A stretch of 64,000 nucleotides of DNA from NCBI GenBank assembly GCA_964016885.1, contig OZ024743.1:321098001-321162000 (forward strand). The letters run 5' to 3'. A program made the translations under genes and the position numbers. The notes under the pieces were generated by a model that saw only the letters and a program-made list of their open reading frames with translations, was not told where the DNA came from and searched no databases. Position 1 is the first letter of the stretch, and each line of letters starts with the position of its first letter. This document shows positions 60,080 through 64,000 of the stretch, piece by piece. Source of the stretch: Eledone cirrhosa (lineage: Eukaryota).

Positions 60080-61804
60080 TGAAGGTAGCCATAACGTTTG
60101 AAGGCCTTCAAAGACTGGTGTACATCAAGGTGTGTGTAGAGAGAGGAGGTTGTGTGGATTATTTCCTCATGATCAAGGTATGCAAGTAAAATATAAATGA
60201 GAACAAAACTAGGAGCCTGGCCTGGATGTTTGTAACAGAGTGAACTCTTCTAAAGAAACCCGAAAATCTGAATGTGTGTGGTAGTGGTGTTGGTGGTGGT
60301 GGTAAGACAGGGGGAGTATGTGTGACCAATAACCTCATGACCAATGAAAAAAGAATGATGGCACCAGCAATGGGAGGATGTTAGAGGTATAATATTGATG
60401 ATTATTGCCCTTCAGGCTATAACAGAGGAGTTCAAGACCGGCTGCCCATGGGAACTTCTCTATGCAGATGATCTAACGCTCATAGCTGAATCGATGGCTG
60501 AACTAGAGAAGAAATTCCAAACATGGAAGCATGGCCTAGAATCAAAAGGCCTTAAAGTTAACTTGTCTAAGACTAAAGTTCTAGTATGTAGGAAGGAAAA
60601 TAGGACACAGGTTCCCTCTGGGATATGGCCATGCTCAGTATGTAGGAAAGGAGTAGGCAGAAATTTCATGTTATGTCCCAAATGCAAAGTATGGGTGCAT
60701 AAAAGATGTAGTGGGATCACAGGTAATCTAACTAAGAATATAGATTTTATATGTGGCCGGTGCTCTGGTGCAATAAGTAGCAGCAAGTGCCCACAGGATA
60801 CTAGCTCCTTCCATTGCACAGATGGCTCTATAGAAATAGTGTACACCTTCCATTACCTGGGTGACAAAATCAGCAGTGGTGGAGGGTGCTCCTAAAGTAC
60901 AGTAGCCAGAGTCAGAACGGGATGGAAAAAGTTCAGAGAGCTTATACCACTATTGGCCGCTAAAGGTTTCTCTCTAAAAATGAAAGACAGACTGTATGAT
61001 GCCTGCATACGAACAGCAATGTTACATGGCAGTGAGACTTGGGCATTGTGTGCAGAGGACCTGCGCAGACTGGAGAGGAACGAAGCTTGCATGCTCCGTT
61101 GGATGTGTAATAGTAATATACGTGAACGGCAAAAACATAAACGAACTAAGTGAGAAATTAGGAATAAGAGGGATCAGATGCTGTTTACTCAAGAGAAGAC
61201 TACGTTGGTATGGTCACGTGATGTGCATGAAAAACGACAGCTGTATAAAAAAAGTGCAGGGCGATCAAAATTGACGGAAGTTACGGAGTAGGCAGACCCA
61301 GAAAAACCTGGGACGATTTGATAAACTCCGACCTCACACACTTACACTCTCTAAGACAATGTCACTGGACCGAGATCTTTGGCGCTACGCAGTAATACAG
61401 AAAACCGCCTTACCTAAGTACAAGCGAAACCTACAGTCAGTAGACACCTCTTAATCAAATACCCCCCCCCCCCCCACTACCCCCACACCCCATCAACACC
61501 ACCCGTTTCTATGTAAAGTTATGTTGGTGCCACAACATCCAGTCCTAAATAAATGAGGTTGTGTAGGCGTCACGACAAAAACATACAGTCCACGCTGTAA
61601 TGTGACCGTGTAGGTAACACTGTAAAAACCTCCCAGTCCACACTGTAAACGTAGTTGGTGTTAGAAAGAGCATCCAGCCGTAGAAAACCTGCCAGACAGT
61701 CCCATACGAGCGAGACGACCAATCTTGCCTCAAGGGGACAATTCCCGTCTAAACCCATGCTAGCGTGGAAGATAGACGTTAAACGATGATGATGATGATG
61801 ATGA
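60080..61804 (+). mobile_element. 5'-truncated RTE-clade LINE with a Cys-rich insert in RT and a (GAT)n tail
   Basis: GVHQG near 60120, LLYADDL, CSVCRKG..CPKCKVWVHKRCSG, FHYLG, RLRWYGHV, GRPRKTW. Interrupted at ~60130-60395. Confidence 0.88.
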
Positions 61805-62135
61805 CTCAGTAGTTAGAGCATTAGGCTTACAACCATGAGGTTGTGAGTTCGCATCCTGGGCCAGGTGGTGTGCTGTGTCCTTGAGCAAGACATTTTATTT
61901 CATGTTGCTCGAGTTCACTCAGCTGTAGTAATAAGTTGCGTCATCACTGTTGGGAAGCTGTATCGGCCTTTGCCTTTCCCTTGGCCAACATCGGTAGCAG
62001 GGAGAGGAGAGACTGGTATGCATGGATGACTTTTGGTCTTCCACAAACAACCTTGCTTTGACTTGTGCCACAGAGGTGGAACTTTCTAGATGTAAATCTC
62101 ATGGATATTCGTGACTGAAAGGGGTTTTTACCAAT
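61805..62135 (+). mobile_element. tRNA-derived SINE
   Basis: A-box ctcagtagttagagc, B-box gagttcgcatcc, central gtgtccttgagcaagac. Confidence 0.75.
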
Positions 62136-62451
62136 ATCAAACTTTAACATGCTGAATTTTGTTATGAATTGGCTCCCTTGACACTGCATTATGTATTAAG
62201 GGGAGATTACTCTATTGGTGACATAATGTGCCTAGAGCACCGAGAAGATTAAAAAACTAGATGACTGATTTTGAAAATGCCTAGCTTTGGCATTAAGACG
62301 AAATGAAAAATCCTCCACAAGTATTATAATTTTGATACATCTGTTATCAGTAATCTGTCTAAATATTGAATTTTAATGCAGATTGGAGATAATCTTACAG
62401 AATACAACTAACGAACAACAAATTAGACTTGTTTACTGGTTGGGGTTTCAT

Positions 62452-62946
62452 CAACATCATCATCATCATCACCGTTTTACGTCCGTTCTTCCACGCTAGC
62501 ATGGGTTAGATGGGTTGTCCTGTTGTGGGCAGTGTCTGGTCGGCTGACCATACCTTGCTCATACAGGAACTGATTTGGCTTGATTTCTACAGCTGGATGC
62601 CCTTCCTAACACCAACCTCATTTACAGTGAGTGCTGGGTGCTTTTTCGTGGCGCCTACACGTCCACTTTACAGTGTGGGCTGGGTGCTTTTTTGCCGTGG
62701 CACCTCCACGACCACCTTGCAGTGGGGGGTGTGGGGGCATATTGTCTATATGCTTCAGCTTGTACCCATGGGAGGTCGGGTACTCTGTATTACTGCGTGA
62801 CGCCAGAGGTCACGGTCGTGTGTCATCGCCTTTGAGAGGTGTAATTGGGTAAGGTCGGCTTTTATCACCTCATCCCAGGTCATCTTGGGTCTCCCCACTC
62901 TGCGGTTTCCATCGACTTCTAGTACTCTGCACCTTTTTATGCACCT
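62452..62946 (-). mobile_element. 3' fragment of an RTE LINE
   Basis: Minus strand VDGNRRVGRPKMTWDEVI; tail acccatgctagcgtggaaga..(GAT)n as at 61750-61804. Confidence 0.8.
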
Positions 62947-63182
62947 TTATATAACATTTTATCTATAAGCAAACCTTCTGAGTTTAAAATATAGGATTTG
63001 TTTTATATAGATAGCTGTTAGATTTAAGCACCTGTACTATACTGTGGTGACATGATTTGACTCCCAGCTCTCACATGAATAAATTGGTCTTTTACAGAGT
63101 GAATAAAAACCAATCATTTTATGTATTTGTTTATTGAAATTAATTTAAGAAATCATTAATTATAATTTGTATGATATTCCAG

Positions 63183-63329
63183 CAAACAATATGCATTGCT
63201 CATTTGACAACAATATCTGTGAAATGACTATTGATGGCAACGATGAATATACATGGAAACGGATGCAACCTAGCCAGTCCCCTCAAGGAAATGGACTTGA
63301 CAAGGATCACACAACTAAATCTAGATATG
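63183..63329 (+). CDS. Coding exon 4: start of MAM domain (gene continues beyond the window)
   Basis: ttccag|..HCSFDNNICEMTIDGNDEYTWKR..GLDKDHTTKSRYG|gtaatt; phase 1 matches exon 3. Confidence 0.88.
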
Positions 63330-64000
63330 GTAATTAGTTTCAGCTTTTATAATTTTTCTCTTCGTAAACTTTCTTTTAATTATCACAATCTCTGTTTCAG
63401 GCATTTTCTATGTTTTGCATAAGATGCAATGTCTTAAATAGTATTTTTACTACTCGTCTTCATATTATAATCCTCAGATAGAAACAGGAGATAATAAATA
63501 TATTTTTTTTTAAGCAGAATTTTTATTATAAAATAATTGAAATGAAAAAACAAATATTTTCAATATACCAAATCTCACAACGTCGTGGAAAACTCATTGA
63601 TATTGTATAAAAATTATTGAGCAGTATCTAATAAAAAACACATTATTAAAGGGAACAAAAGAGGGAAGAAAAGAAGAAAAAGAAAAAAAGGGATCAAGCA
63701 ATAAAACAAAAGAAGGGATAGAACAGACATTACACCCCAGTCTGAACAGAACCTCAGCCACACCCCACAGACAAAATGGCAAAGGCATTACTGTGAGGAT
63801 GGTCAGAGACACCCACTTGGAACATACATTCTACCAACTGGATTTATTGTTCATTCAACTGAAGCTGCTATATTGTATACTTAAGAATTAGTCATAATAA
63901 TTAGAGACACACTGGATAATGTAGTTCTAGATCTTCAGATCATATCCTGGAGAACAGATGTAAATAAATTACTCTACAGCCCATACCTTTACCTTTCTGC

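Noticed and set aside
60620-60765. Cys-rich finger as a captured host gene
   Set aside because: It is in frame within the RTE RT, and such inserts occur in RTE families.
61805-61865. tRNA gene
   Set aside because: No complete cloverleaf; it continues into a SINE body that is repeated elsewhere in the window.

Overview
Eukaryotic animal DNA, very probably a cephalopod (octopus-like SINE/RTE tails and extreme (TA)n content; inferred). Bases 1-~49,200 are a nested pile of Penelope-like elements (PLEs) and non-coding derivatives, nearly all inserted into (TA)n microsatellites and most with a head-to-head 5' inversion. The main signal is hammerhead ribozymes (HHRs): at least 10 clearly folding, sequence-distinct families plus several degenerate ones, about 35 copies. 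They include perfect tandem arrays of 310-bp and 466-bp non-coding HHR monomers (retrozyme-like), an HHR with a ~115-nt stem II, and core variants (U4A, U4C). Candidate helper elements lie beside them: two near-complete RT+GIY-YIG PLEs resembling the Hydra clade, several truncated PLEs, and a ~12-kb palindrome made by one PLE insertion. A young CR1-group LINE is also present. From ~49.2 kb the landscape changes to a gene whose first four coding exons (signal peptide, SRCR, start of MAM) lie among RTE LINEs, SINEs and minisatellites. The many IY/YI-repeat ORFs are microsatellite artefacts. All RNA folds were read by eye and are not computed.
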